A DNA stretch of 64,000 bases from a bacterium (GTDB lineage Bacteria > UBA8248 > JACPRG01 > G963555815), in assembly GCA_965218795.1 (NCBI GenBank), contig OZ244653.1, forward strand, positions 2,592,001-2,656,000. Reading direction: 5' to 3'. A program made the translations under genes and the position numbers. This document shows positions 18,710 to 29,855 of the stretch, in pieces (position 1 is the stretch's first letter; each line of letters starts with the position of its first letter). The notes beneath the pieces were generated by a model. It saw only the letters and a list, made by a program, of their open reading frames with translations, was not told the origin of the DNA and did no database searches.

Positions 18710-21652
18710 ATGGTCGACACGCGCCTGATCGAACGCTGGCTACCCATCGCGGCTCTTGGCATCGAAAGCACGCGTGAACGGACGCCGATGACACCGTTCC
18801 CGGCCCCGAACCGCCTCCACGTCTGGTGGGCGCGCCGGCCGCTAGTGGCTTCTCGGGCGGCTATTCTGGCTTCCCTGCTGCCGGCCCATGCCGATCGCGA
18901 GAAGTTCCTGCATGTGCTGGGGATTCATGGGGACCCCGTGGCGGCGCGCAAAGCAATTGACCGAGCGCGAAGGACTGGGGTCCGTGTGGATAACCCTTAC
19001 GATTACAACCGCGCCTTCGGTTACTCTCCAAGCCAGGATGATTTGGAATGGCTTGAGTCAGCGCTTGGCAACCCACTAGACGATTTAACGGTTTTCGATC
19101 CGACCGCCGGCGGCGGAAGTATACCATTTGAAGCTGCCCGGACCGGCCTGTCAGCAATAGCGAATGACCTCAACCCTGTAGCCGCCTTAATATTGAGAGC
19201 CACAGTGGAATGGCCACCGTGTTACCCCCAAGAAGCCAAGAATGAATTCGAATTCTTGGCCGACAAGTGGCGTCACCAGCTCGAAAACCATCTAGCAGTA
19301 TTTTTTCCGCAGAAAGACATGCCAGATCGAATGGACCTGACCTACCTCTGGGCCCGCACCATCACCTGCCCCTATTGCGACGGCCTTGTGCCGCTATCGC
19401 CGAACTGGCGTCTTGCGCCTGACGGAACCGGCGTGCGGCTCAAGCCGCACCTTGCTTCCGGCCCAGGGGCCCAGGGCCGCGTCTGCTCGTTCGAGATCGT
19501 CAAGTCCGCCAAAGAACAGTCGTCCGGCACGGTGTCGCGCGGCGACGGCACCTGCCCCTATACCGATTGCGGTCGTGTGATAGACGGCGACGAAATCAAG
19601 CGTCAGGCCCAGGCTGGTCAAATGGGCGAGCAACTCTTTGCGGTCGTCTACAAGGAGCGCGTCGTAAAGACCTTGAAATCCGGAAAGCGGGGCAAAGACA
19701 AATGGATACGCGGCTACCGCGCGCCGCGGCGCGAGGACGACAACAGCGCCGAAATTCAGGCGAGGCTTGCCGAGAAGCTGCCCGAGTGGGAAGCGTTGGA
19801 CATCGTGCCGAGCGAGCGAATTCCCGACGGCAACAAAACCACGGAGCCACAACGCTACGGGATGAACATCTGGCGCGACCTGTTTTCGCCGCGCCAACTT
19901 CTTGGCCATGGCACGAGCGTCGAGGTCTTCCGCGAAATGCTCGACGCCGACCGGGCGGACGGCAAGCTGACCGAGGTTCGCCAGGCGGCGTATGGGTACT
20001 TGGCTCTGACGCTCGATACCTTATTGAACTACAACAATCGAGCTGGACGTTGGGACAATACGACAGGTCGAGTCCGCTCCATCTTTGACCGGCACGATTT
20101 CGCATTCGTATGGTCCTACGCGGAGATGGCGCCTCTCGTGTCAGGCGTAGGCTATGACTGGGCCATTGAAAAGACCACCAAATGCATCGACGAGCTCGTC
20201 GCGCTGATTCGCCCCGAAGCGAATGGCGACGGCGATCTGTTCAACGGCGCCGACGTGGCGGAAGACACCCCGCCGCCGATTACCATCACCTGCAAACCGG
20301 GCGACAGCCTCGACCATATCGAGGACGGCAGCATCGACGCGGTGGTCATGGACCCGCCCTATTACGACAACGTCATGTATGCCGAGTTGTCGGACTTCTT
20401 CTATGTCTGGCTCAAGCGTACCGCCGGCCATGTCTTCCCTGACCTGTTCCGACGCCACCTGACCGACAAGGACAACGAGGCCGTCGCCAATCCGGCGAGG
20501 TTCCAAGGCCAGAAGGGCGCGAGTGCGCTTGCGGGACGGGACTACCAGGACCGAATGGCGTCCATCTTCGCCGAATGCCGCCGAACCCTGAAGCCCGAGG
20601 GCGTGATGACCCTGATGTTCACGCACAAGGCGACCGGAGCTTGGGACGCCCTCACCAAGGGGCTGATGGAGGCGGGTTTCGCTATCACTGCGTCCTGGCC
20701 GATCAACACCGAGGCCGAAGGCAGCCTGCACATCAGGAACAAGGCGGCGGCCAACAGCACCATCTTTCTGGTCTGCCGCCCGCGCATCGGCGATATGGAG
20801 GCCGAACAGGATCTCTATTGGGAGGACGTGGAACCGCGGGTCGCCCAGGCGGTGCGGACGCGGGTCAAGGAATTCCAGGACGCAGGCATTGCCGGGGTCG
20901 ATCTGTATCTCGCCTCCTTCGGCCCCGCGCTTGAGGAATTCTCGCGCCACTGGCCATTGAAACGTGGCACGCCGCGCGAGGTTCCGGAGGAACGCCGCCG
21001 CCGGAGCCAGCATATCCTGTTTGAGGAGGAATGGGATCCCTACGCCACCACGCCGGAGGATGCGCTGGACGCGGCCCGGCGCGAGGTCAAACGCTGGCGT
21101 CTGGAGCAACTGACCCATTTGAAGGCGGATGCCGATCTCGATGCGGCCACCGCCTTCTTCGTGCTTGCCTGGGACGCCTTCAAGGCGCCGATGTTTTCAT
21201 ACGACGAAGCAAACAGGCTCGCCCGCGCCGTCGGTATCGATCTCGACAGCGACATCGTCGGCCGGATCGCGGAAAAGAAGGGCAGCGATATCCTTTTGTG
21301 GGACAGCGCGCGCCGCGCCGCCAAGGGGGCGCTGGGGCCGGCCGACGGCTCGCGCGGCATGATCGACGCCATCCATCATGCTGCCAACTTGGCCCGCGTG
21401 CGCTCCCTCGCCGCCGCTCAGAAAATGCTCGCCAACACGCGGGTGGACCAGGACCCGCGCTTCTTTGCGGCCCTTGAGGCCGTCCTTGAGGTTCTGCCGG
21501 TTTCCAAGGCCTTTACCGGCATTGAGCTCGAAGGCGATGCGGCGGCTTCGGGAAGCGACTTCGAGGCCCTCTACAACCTCGCTCGTCTCGCCTACGGCGA
21601 CGAGATCGACGAGCCGGAGCAGATCAGGCTCTGGCGGGACGATGATGCCTGA
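18710..21652 (+). CDS. DUF1156 adenine DNA methyltransferase with Zn ribbon (PglX-related)
   Basis: LHVWWARRPL, motif I DPTAGGGSIP, CPYC...CPYTDC, motif IV MDPPYYDN, YAELSDFF. Confidence 0.93.
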   Translation: MVDTRLIERWLPIAALGIESTRERTPMTPFPAPNRLHVWWARRPLVASRAAILASLLPAHADREKFLHVLGIHGDPVAARKAIDRARRTGVRVDNPYDYNRAFGYSPSQDDLEWLESALGNPLDDLTVFDPTAGGGSIPFEAARTGLSAIANDLNPVAALILRATVEWPPCYPQEAKNEFEFLADKWRHQLENHLAVFFPQKDMPDRMDLTYLWARTITCPYCDGLVPLSPNWRLAPDGTGVRLKPHLASGPGAQGRVCSFEIVKSAKEQSSGTVSRGDGTCPYTDCGRVIDGDEIKRQAQAGQMGEQLFAVVYKERVVKTLKSGKRGKDKWIRGYRAPRREDDNSAEIQARLAEKLPEWEALDIVPSERIPDGNKTTEPQRYGMNIWRDLFSPRQLLGHGTSVEVFREMLDADRADGKLTEVRQAAYGYLALTLDTLLNYNNRAGRWDNTTGRVRSIFDRHDFAFVWSYAEMAPLVSGVGYDWAIEKTTKCIDELVALIRPEANGDGDLFNGADVAEDTPPPITITCKPGDSLDHIEDGSIDAVVMDPPYYDNVMYAELSDFFYVWLKRTAGHVFPDLFRRHLTDKDNEAVANPARFQGQKGASALAGRDYQDRMASIFAECRRTLKPEGVMTLMFTHKATGAWDALTKGLMEAGFAITASWPINTEAEGSLHIRNKAAANSTIFLVCRPRIGDMEAEQDLYWEDVEPRVAQAVRTRVKEFQDAGIAGVDLYLASFGPALEEFSRHWPLKRGTPREVPEERRRRSQHILFEEEWDPYATTPEDALDAARREVKRWRLEQLTHLKADADLDAATAFFVLAWDAFKAPMFSYDEANRLARAVGIDLDSDIVGRIAEKKGSDILLWDSARRAAKGALGPADGSRGMIDAIHHAANLARVRSLAAAQKMLANTRVDQDPRFFAALEAVLEVLPVSKAFTGIELEGDAAASGSDFEALYNLARLAYGDEIDEPEQIRLWRDDDA

Positions 21653-21654
21653 CC

Positions 21655-24600
21655 ATGCTCGCGGGCCGCACATGGAACCTCAAATACACGCCCGATGACG
21701 GCGATCTCGTCAAGCTGTTCTACATCCCCGCGCTGGAGGACGCCGAGCGCTACGACCGGCTGACCGGATACTTCAACGCCCGCGCCCTGACGCTGGCGTC
21801 GCGCGGCATCGAGGGGCTTGTCCGCAACGGCGGCCGTATGCGGCTCGTCGCCGGTTGCACCCTGGAGCCGCCCGAGATCGAAGCGATCGAGAAAGGCGGG
21901 CAGCTTCGTGATGTCGTCGAACGACAATTGACAAGCCTTCCCCTGGCCCCACCGGATCCAGTCTCTTCCGACGCGCTGGCACTGTTGGCCTGGATGGTCG
22001 CGCGCGGCTTTCTCGATGTGAAGGTCGCCGTTCCCTGCGACGCCGAGGGCAAGCCGATCCCGGCGGATGGCATCTTTCACGAGAAGGCCGGCATCATCGA
22101 GGACCGTGGCGGCGACAAGATAGCCTGGACCGGCAGCCTCAACGAAACCGCCGCCGGCTGGCGGCACAACTGGGAGAGCATCAGCGTTTACACGAGCTGG
22201 GGTCCGGAACCCAAGCGGGTCGAGGATGAAGAGGCCAACTTCGCCCGGATCTGGGCCAACAGGGCGCAGCGCGTGATCGTGCTCGACGTGCCCGACGCCG
22301 CACGCCGGGACCTGATGCGGTTCATGCCGGCGAGCGATAAGCCCGCCCGCCTCAAGGACGAGGTTGAGAAGAAACCCGCCAAGCCTTCACCGGAGAAGCC
22401 CGAGGCGACGGAACCCGCGAAGCCGGTCACGCTCGAACCTGGCGATCTCAGAAGCCGCGTCTGGTCTTTCATCCAGCATGCGCCCACATTGCCGGACAGG
22501 GGCGATCGCGTGGGAGAAATGACCTCGGCGGTCACGCCCTGGCCGCATCAGGTGAAGGCTTTTGAACGCCTCTACAGCGATTGGCCGCCCAGGCTTCTGA
22601 TTGCCGACGAGGTCGGCCTCGGCAAGACCATCCAGGCGGGCATGCTGCTGCGCCAGGCTTGGCTTGCCGGGCGCGTCAAACGGATCCTGATCCTCGCGCC
22701 CAAGGCCGTCCTCGGGCAGTGGCAGATCGAACTGCGCGAGAAGTTCAACCTCAATTGGCCGATCTACGATGGCCGCAAACTGATCCGGTATCCTTCCCCG
22801 GCGTGGCATGGACGGAACGAGCGCGATGTGGACCCCGATCACTGGCATCGCGAACCCGTGGTGATCGCGTCGAGTCACCTGATGCGCCGGAGCGACCGCG
22901 CGGAAGCCCTTCTGAATAAAGCCGAACCGTGGGACCTAGTGGTGCTCGACGAAGCCCACCATGCCCGGCGGCGCGCCGCTGGAAGCCAGCAGGAGGGCGG
23001 GCCGAACGCCCTTCTCAGGCTGATGCAGGGATTGAAGGACCGCGCCCGGGGACTGGTATTTCTGACCGCGACGCCGATGCAGGTACATCCCATCGAGGTC
23101 TGGGACCTGTTGAACCTGCTCGGCCTGCCGCCGGAGTGGACCGCCAAGGCGTTTCTCGACTTTTTCGACGACATCGAGCAGCCGAACCCCTCACCGGAGG
23201 CGTTGGATCGCCTAGCTTGGCTGTTTCAGTCGGTCGAACGCGCCTACGGCGAGGTCGAGACGGAGGACGCGCAACGTCTCACCGTTCTGTCGAGCCTGAA
23301 GGTCAACAAGATTCTCCGTGCGCTGCGCAACAGCGCCAGCATCCCGCGCCGGCAGTTGGAAACGGCTGAGCGCCGGGCGGCGATCGAGATCATGCGGGCG
23401 CACACGCCGATTCGCCGGTTGGTCTCACGGCACACCCGCGAGCTGCTGCGCCGCTACTTCAGGGAGGGACTCTTAACCACGCCGATCGCCGACCGGCGGG
23501 TCGAGGATCGCTTTCTGGAGATGACGGTCGAAGAGCGGGCGCTCTATGACGCGGTCGAGGATTACATCGCCAGCACCTACAACCAGGCCAGCGCCAAGGA
23601 GCGCACGGCGGTGGGCTTCGTCATGACCATCTACCGCCGCCGTCTCGCCAGCAGTTTTGGCGCGTTACGAAATACGCTTCAGCGCCATCTCGACGCCATG
23701 GCCGACGGCAACCAGACGCAATCGATGGGTCTGGACGAAGACGCGCCGGACGATGAAACCACGGACGAAATCCTGGATGCCGATGAGATGGAAGAGCTGG
23801 AGCGCGAGGCCCTCGCCGCGGAGGAGGAGGCCGATATCCGAAGCCTTCTTGACCGTATCGGCCAACTGCCGCCGGACAGCAAGCTCGAAAGCCTGAAGAG
23901 CATCCTTCATGAGTTGCGCCGGGACGGCTACGGCCAGGCGATGGTCTTCACTCAGTACACCGACACCATGGACTTTTTGCGTGAAGAGCTCTTGAAGGAC
24001 GCCGATTCGAAGTTGATGTGCTTCTCGGGACGCGGTGGAGAAATACCCGCCGCCGATGGCTCATGGCGCCGGATCCGCCGCGACGACGCCAAACGGCGGT
24101 TCCGCGACCGCGAGGCGGATGTCCTGTTGTGCACCGACGCCGCTGCCGAGGGCTTGAATTTCCAGTTCTGCGGCGCCCTGGTCAATTACGACATGCCATG
24201 GAACCCTATGCGGGTGGAACAGCGCATTGGGCGCATCGATCGCCTCGGCCAGCAGAACCAGATCATTCGAATCGTCAACCTGCACTACGAGGACACGGTC
24301 GAGACCGACGTTTACCGTGCGCTCAGGAACCGGATCGGCCTGTTCGAGTCCGTGGTCGGACGCCTCCAGCCAATTCTCGCGCAATTGCCGCGCGCCATAT
24401 CCATCGCGGTATTATCGGGCGGCGGGCGCGAAGACGCGGACCGCGCCCTGATCACGGATACGATCGTGCAACAGGCGCGCGAAGCCGAGGGACGGGGTTT
24501 CGATATCGATGCAGTGACAGAGGACGATCTCGCCATGCCCGACCGGCCGTTGTCACCGGTTACCATGGAAGACCTGGACCGGGTGGTCGGATCGCCCGAT

Positions 24601-24834
24601 CTCATGCCGCCGGGGACCGATATCCAGCCCATGGGACATCGGGAGTACGGCCTGTTGGCTCCAGGTATGACCGAGCGCCTGCGGGTGACCACCGATCCGG
24701 AATATTTCGAGGAACATGCCGAAAGCGTGGAACTGTGGTCGCCGGGCAATGCGCTGTTTATCCCGCCGGAGTTCACAGCACCGACGGACGAACCGTCAGC
24801 CGATAAGACGTTGAAGGGTATCCTGGACGGCTGA
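21655..24834 (+). CDS. PLD/HKD nuclease domain fused to SNF2-family helicase
   Basis: FHEKAGIIED and GSLNET (PLD); ADEVGLGKT, DEAHH, LTATP, WNPMRVEQRIGRIDR (SNF2). Confidence 0.93.
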   Translation: MLAGRTWNLKYTPDDGDLVKLFYIPALEDAERYDRLTGYFNARALTLASRGIEGLVRNGGRMRLVAGCTLEPPEIEAIEKGGQLRDVVERQLTSLPLAPPDPVSSDALALLAWMVARGFLDVKVAVPCDAEGKPIPADGIFHEKAGIIEDRGGDKIAWTGSLNETAAGWRHNWESISVYTSWGPEPKRVEDEEANFARIWANRAQRVIVLDVPDAARRDLMRFMPASDKPARLKDEVEKKPAKPSPEKPEATEPAKPVTLEPGDLRSRVWSFIQHAPTLPDRGDRVGEMTSAVTPWPHQVKAFERLYSDWPPRLLIADEVGLGKTIQAGMLLRQAWLAGRVKRILILAPKAVLGQWQIELREKFNLNWPIYDGRKLIRYPSPAWHGRNERDVDPDHWHREPVVIASSHLMRRSDRAEALLNKAEPWDLVVLDEAHHARRRAAGSQQEGGPNALLRLMQGLKDRARGLVFLTATPMQVHPIEVWDLLNLLGLPPEWTAKAFLDFFDDIEQPNPSPEALDRLAWLFQSVERAYGEVETEDAQRLTVLSSLKVNKILRALRNSASIPRRQLETAERRAAIEIMRAHTPIRRLVSRHTRELLRRYFREGLLTTPIADRRVEDRFLEMTVEERALYDAVEDYIASTYNQASAKERTAVGFVMTIYRRRLASSFGALRNTLQRHLDAMADGNQTQSMGLDEDAPDDETTDEILDADEMEELEREALAAEEEADIRSLLDRIGQLPPDSKLESLKSILHELRRDGYGQAMVFTQYTDTMDFLREELLKDADSKLMCFSGRGGEIPAADGSWRRIRRDDAKRRFRDREADVLLCTDAAAEGLNFQFCGALVNYDMPWNPMRVEQRIGRIDRLGQQNQIIRIVNLHYEDTVETDVYRALRNRIGLFESVVGRLQPILAQLPRAISIAVLSGGGREDADRALITDTIVQQAREAEGRGFDIDAVTEDDLAMPDRPLSPVTMEDLDRVVGSPDLMPPGTDIQPMGHREYGLLAPGMTERLRVTTDPEYFEEHAESVELWSPGNALFIPPEFTAPTDEPSADKTLKGILDG

Positions 24835-24861
24835 TGCACCGGCCGAGTGTCGCTGGCGCGA

Positions 24862-27800
24862 TTATTCGAGATGATCCGACATGTGATCTGCGTTCAACAC
24901 TTTCCCGTTCTGGCGCGCGATAACGGGGCGTTTCGCATGCCGAACCTCGGGAAGCGGATCGTTCTCGGCACTTTCTACCCAGCGAGCAACGGCCGGATCG
25001 GCGTCGAAGCCATATCCAGCCATGGCCAAGGCCAAATGGGCGCAAGCCCAACGTAGCAACGGCACGTCGACGTCCGGATCATGGCTCCCATCGTATCGTA
25101 GCTCTTGTGCGAGATAGCCGAGCCCCTGCGATGCCAAGTCTCCGATGGCGTCTTTTTGCTCCGGACCGCCGTCTGAGAACACCCATCTGGCGATTTCAAG
25201 GGCTTGTCCAAGAGCTGCTTTCCGCCGCATGGCGATTATGATGCCGATTTCGCGAACCAGATCGACGGGCGGAGGCCGCAATTCGACCGCGGAATCGGGC
25301 ACACTCCGCAACCAGAACCACAATCCCCGCGCCGCATCTCCAGCCAAGCGGTCATCGTCGGACGCCAAGCCCATCCTCATCGACAGTACGATGTCGTCGA
25401 AGCGCCGCGGCAAGGCGTTGATCAGGCCAGCGGTAAGGCCCAGCCCTGCTATGTCGGATCTATTCAGCTTCTGGACTTTTTCGTACAGCCTTTCGCCGGC
25501 CGATTCCGAAATCCGGACTTCCAGGAGAACAGATTGCAGGCCGACAATGGCTTGCCGGGTCCTCCTATCTTCCTCTCCGAGGTAAATTGGTTGCGATATG
25601 CCCTGGTGTTCGAGTGAACGCGGTACCGGTGTTTCCGCCCACCGGGCGACTATATCTGCAAGATGGTCCCGCTCTGCTTCCGAGAATGTCAGAGGCCTCC
25701 GGTAAATTCTCAGGTTGGCTATGGCGGACCCGATATGCCAAAGAACATCGTCAAGAGGCGGTGTCTCTGCTTCAGCTGGGACTTCCACATTAAGCCACTT
25801 CTTGCGGAACCGTCGTTCAGCAATGCCCGGCTCTGGCTCAGGCGATAGTAGAAATGCCCAGTCATAGAGAGGCGTACCGCCGGGTAACCCGTTGTGATCG
25901 GCATAATCCTCGCCCCAAAGAGCTTGGGCGACCTCCGATTTTTCGGCATCGGTCAGCAGATTCTGAGCGGCCACCCAGGATATCCTGACCGACGCCTGCT
26001 TACGCGCTTCGTCGCCCGCACGTAAAGCGCGCACCAAAAAACTGACGATCTCTTGCCAGCGGTTTTCGTTGTCGGGTGTTCGGGGCGGCGGAAGGAGGTC
26101 GTTCGGCAGCAGGTGCCCGGGATCCGGGTATCGAGTAGTGAATAACGTGAACCCCTCCATTCCGGCGATCGGCGCGCTCAGAATGTCGAGGACGCGGCCG
26201 CTCTGTTGCTTCTCGGGTAAAGCCTCCCAGGACCGAGTCAGGATGTTCCGGACGGGGTTCGCCAGCCAGTCATCCCAGGTAAGTTTTCTATTTCCATACC
26301 AACGGAGAGCCTTGCTGAAGATGGATTCCGCCATTCCAGGCTCAAGGCGAACAACGAACCGCGACAGCGCCTCTATGGCCACGCGCAACCGCTCTGTCCA
26401 GAATACATTGCGCTGACCTGCGCCCGGGTCAGCGATTCGAGGCAATGCAACTTCAATCACGTCACCACAAATTTGTGCGAGATCCGTAACTGCATCGGCG
26501 TGCATGGCAGCTACGCGAGCGCGGGAGAGAATGAAATTTAGCCTGTCATCACCGTCGTAATTCGTAATACGAAGAACCAAACGCGCGGCCAGTTCGGGTT
26601 CATGCGGAGATAGCTTGTCCGCCGCCAGCCCCAAAATGTCCGAAGCCACAGCTACACCTCTGCTGGATGGAGGCAATCCCGCGATCTCCGCAAGACGGAC
26701 AACCCGTTGAGCGGCGATCCATTGGTTGTATTCGGTGTTCGAAAAGACAATACCGGGTTTCCGCACCACGCCGAGGTCGAAGGGTAGTAATTTCGTGTTT
26801 TTATCGCTACCTCTTATCGCTTCTGCATAGCGACGCTTTTCCATCAATGCGTTGCACTTCAACGGCGTCAGTTCCTCCCATCTACGCCAAAGTTCGGATG
26901 CATTGCCAAAGTCTTCCAGCTTCAATGCCGAGCATAGAGCCCAACTTTCGCGCGATGGGCCTACTACGCTCCGGTCGTCTCCCGGATTTTCCCGGATTGA
27001 CGCAAGCGCGGTCGCGATTAACTGCTCCGCGTCTTCATGCTGTCCCGTTTCGAAGAGAAGGGCGGATTTTCTCATCATCCAGACCGGATCGCAGTTTTCG
27101 GTATGCCAGTCCTCAAGCAAGCCCTCGACTTCCTTGTAATCGAGCGAATAGATCGCCCAGAGGCAGCGTTCGTGACGGATCCAATGGACAACGTCACGAT
27201 TGTCGTCCCGAAAAGGCGACAAGGAGTCGATCCGCCCGTCGAACGCATCGCGATCGAACCGCTGCCGCGCCGCCGTCACGAGTGCCAAAGCGATGATCAG
27301 CCATGCCTCGCGAACGATTGCCCAATTCGGCTTCGTAGTGGCCACGCCGCTAACCGTCCGGGTCTGGCAGTCGATCTCTTCCAAAACCGCCTGGGCAGCG
27401 GCTTCAAGCTCGGGAGAGATAGGCTCTAGCAGGATTTCCCGGCGCCAGACCAACTCGCGGATTGCGTTCAACCGATCCACCGGCTCAAGGTCCGGCAACA
27501 CACGCAGAATCAGAGGTTCCCATTTTTGAGTATTCCAACTCAGCATAAATCGCGCGTCACCGGGGACGGCCAGCCAACCCGGATACATCTTTCTGTTGTG
27601 ACTCCAGGTATCGAGGAGCTGTCGAATAGGCGCCAACAGGTCCGCCGATCCACCTTCGCTCGACGGTGCTTCCGGCTCGCCCTTGGGTTCGTTGGACATT
27701 ACCCTTTCAACAGGTTCAAGAAGTTCCGGATGTTGCGAACCTTGGGGCTTCGATGGAGACGGCCAGTTGGAAACGTCATACGGACGGCCATATTCAAGCG

Positions 27801-28671
27801 TGTGCAAGAGCCAGTCTGTCGAGTATCGATGACGAAGATGCTCCGGCCATTTTTCGGCCATGGGATGGCGGGAAAGGTCGATCGGGACGACGTTGCGGTC
27901 TTCGAGCATGCGGCGGCGGTGAGGAGAGAACTCCAGCCACCCCGCCAGATATATCTTCGGGGCCGAATGCCCCAAATTGTCGCGGACCCAACCCGATCAG
28001 TGCAGAAAATTAGGATCGTCGCCGGAGAAGCCGATCAGACAGAACACGGTTTCCATCATCGCCTGCTGGGCCGTGTTGACGAATGGAGCGAACTTGACCG
28101 GGTAGGTCCGGTAGTCCTCTTCCGTGAAAATAAGTGGAAAATGCGCGGGTACGGACCCATGCAGTTTGACGATGCGCGGTCTGGCGGCTAACGGAATTTC
28201 ATCCATGGTGCGCACGACGCTATAGGCGCGCTCGACCACGGAGGCATGTGTTCGCTCCAAAAGAGTATCCCAGTTGGTGGTGAATACATCGCGCCAGGGA
28301 AGACGCAGCAGCCGAGAATGCATGTCGCCGGGTTTGAAGTCATCGTCCCGGACCTGTTGCCCGATAAATCTGTGAAGATCGCCCCGCTTGAACGCGATGA
28401 CGTATTCCTGCGCCAGCCGGAGGAGACCGCTTGTTTCCGAAGTGGCAGCAATCGCGGATTGCCGGCGATCGTCATCGCCTTGTGGATACAGTTTGTCGCA
28501 CATCGCTTCGGCAAGGTCGCGCCATGTTGGTGGTTCGTGCGCATCTGGCCGGGTCTTGTCGGCGTTACTGCTGAAGCCGGCCCCTACCATGAGGGACGCA
28601 CCACCAGCCGACCGTTGCCAGAGAGCATCACGTACGTGATTGATGTGACTTTGATCAGGAAATGACATCAT
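24862..28671 (-). pseudogene. dsr1: Defence-associated sirtuin (Dsr1-like, SIR2_2 NADase) interrupted by one in-frame TGA
   Basis: VGAGFS, FTTNWDTLLE, VKLHGS, GFSGDDPNFLH[TGA]SGWVRDNLG; the 224-aa and 1037-aa ORFs are in the same frame (about 1269 codons in total). Confidence 0.85.
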
Positions 28672-28850
28672 CCGATACTCTCAATCCGACTTCGTAAATT
28701 TCAAATGCAATGCCATTGAACAACGATAACCGTTCTCCTGGCCAAATGCCTTAGGCGGTTATGGAAATCCGTCGGCGCGCTGGCCGCGGGGTTAACTCCC
28801 TCATCATAACCGGGCGTCCGAGAGACGCGGATGGTTGCTCACACCCGTCT

Positions 28851-29740
28851 GTGACCCGCTCCCACGAAGGCGCCCCCCTGAGTTAGTTCCGGGAGCATCT
28901 GAAGTCCACTGCAGGGGGGCAGACTCAGGGTCTGGGAACTAGGAAATCTGGCCTCTGGCGCAGGCGGCTGGTAGGCCAAGGCGCTGTGAGGCCCTCGCTG
29001 GTTGTACGCCCGCCTCCACCTCTCCACCAGCACCTGGGTTTCCTTCAGCGTCTCAAACACCTCCACGTTCAGGAGCTCATCCCTGAGCTTCCCATTGAAA
29101 CTCTCCACATATCCGTTCTCCCAAGGACTCCCGGCTCGATGGACAACGTCCTCACACCAACCGCCTTGAGCCAGTGCCTGACCACCCTGGCCGTGAACTC
29201 CGATCCGTAGCACATTGGGAAGGAAGCGCAGGTGGTGGCCATGACCGCCCGTTATCTGACCGGAGGTATCGGGGACTCCCCTGCCCACAAACAGCTCTGC
29301 CAACCGCTCCAGCACATCCTGGTGATTCATCCGTCTGGCCACATCAGTCCTCAGGCACTCCCGAGTGGACGCATCCAGGACAGTCAACAGCCCAAAGGCC
29401 CTTCCGTCTTCAGTCCGCTCATGCATCAAGTCGGAACTCCACACATGGTTCCGATGGGCCGGTCTCAGGCGAACACAGGACCCGTCATGGAGCCACAGTC
29501 TCCTTCGTTTCGGCTGTCTGGACGGAACCTTCAGCCCTTCCTGTAAAACCTTTCTACTTGCTTGGGGTTCACCTTCCACCCCTCCCAATGAAGCATGGCC
29601 GTGATTCTCCGGTAGCCGTACCGGCCGTACTCGCTGGCCAGATATACCATCCGGACCGCCAGTTGTGCCTTTACCTTGGAGATCTGTCGGACTCTTCGCT
29701 GGGTGGATCGAGCCTGTCCCAGTACGCGGCAAGCCCGAGG
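28851..29740 (-). mobile_element. IS3-family transposase remnant (frameshifted)
   Basis: RNHVWSSD, GSPWENGYVESFNGKLRDELLN, WRRAYN..PHSAL; broken frames. Confidence 0.85.
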
Positions 29741-29855
29741 AAACTTCCTGGCCCGTCGAAGAGGAGAGGAACCGTGATATGGGTCAGAGAGTGATTAGAA
29801 CCCGAGGTTCTTCTCCGAACATACGCGACCTGTCCCGGTTCAGGTGGAAGTCCAA

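Noticed and set aside
27997-27999. Selenocysteine or TGA=Trp recoding
   Set aside because: Position is Trp in the family motif, not Cys, and TGA terminates many genes in this window
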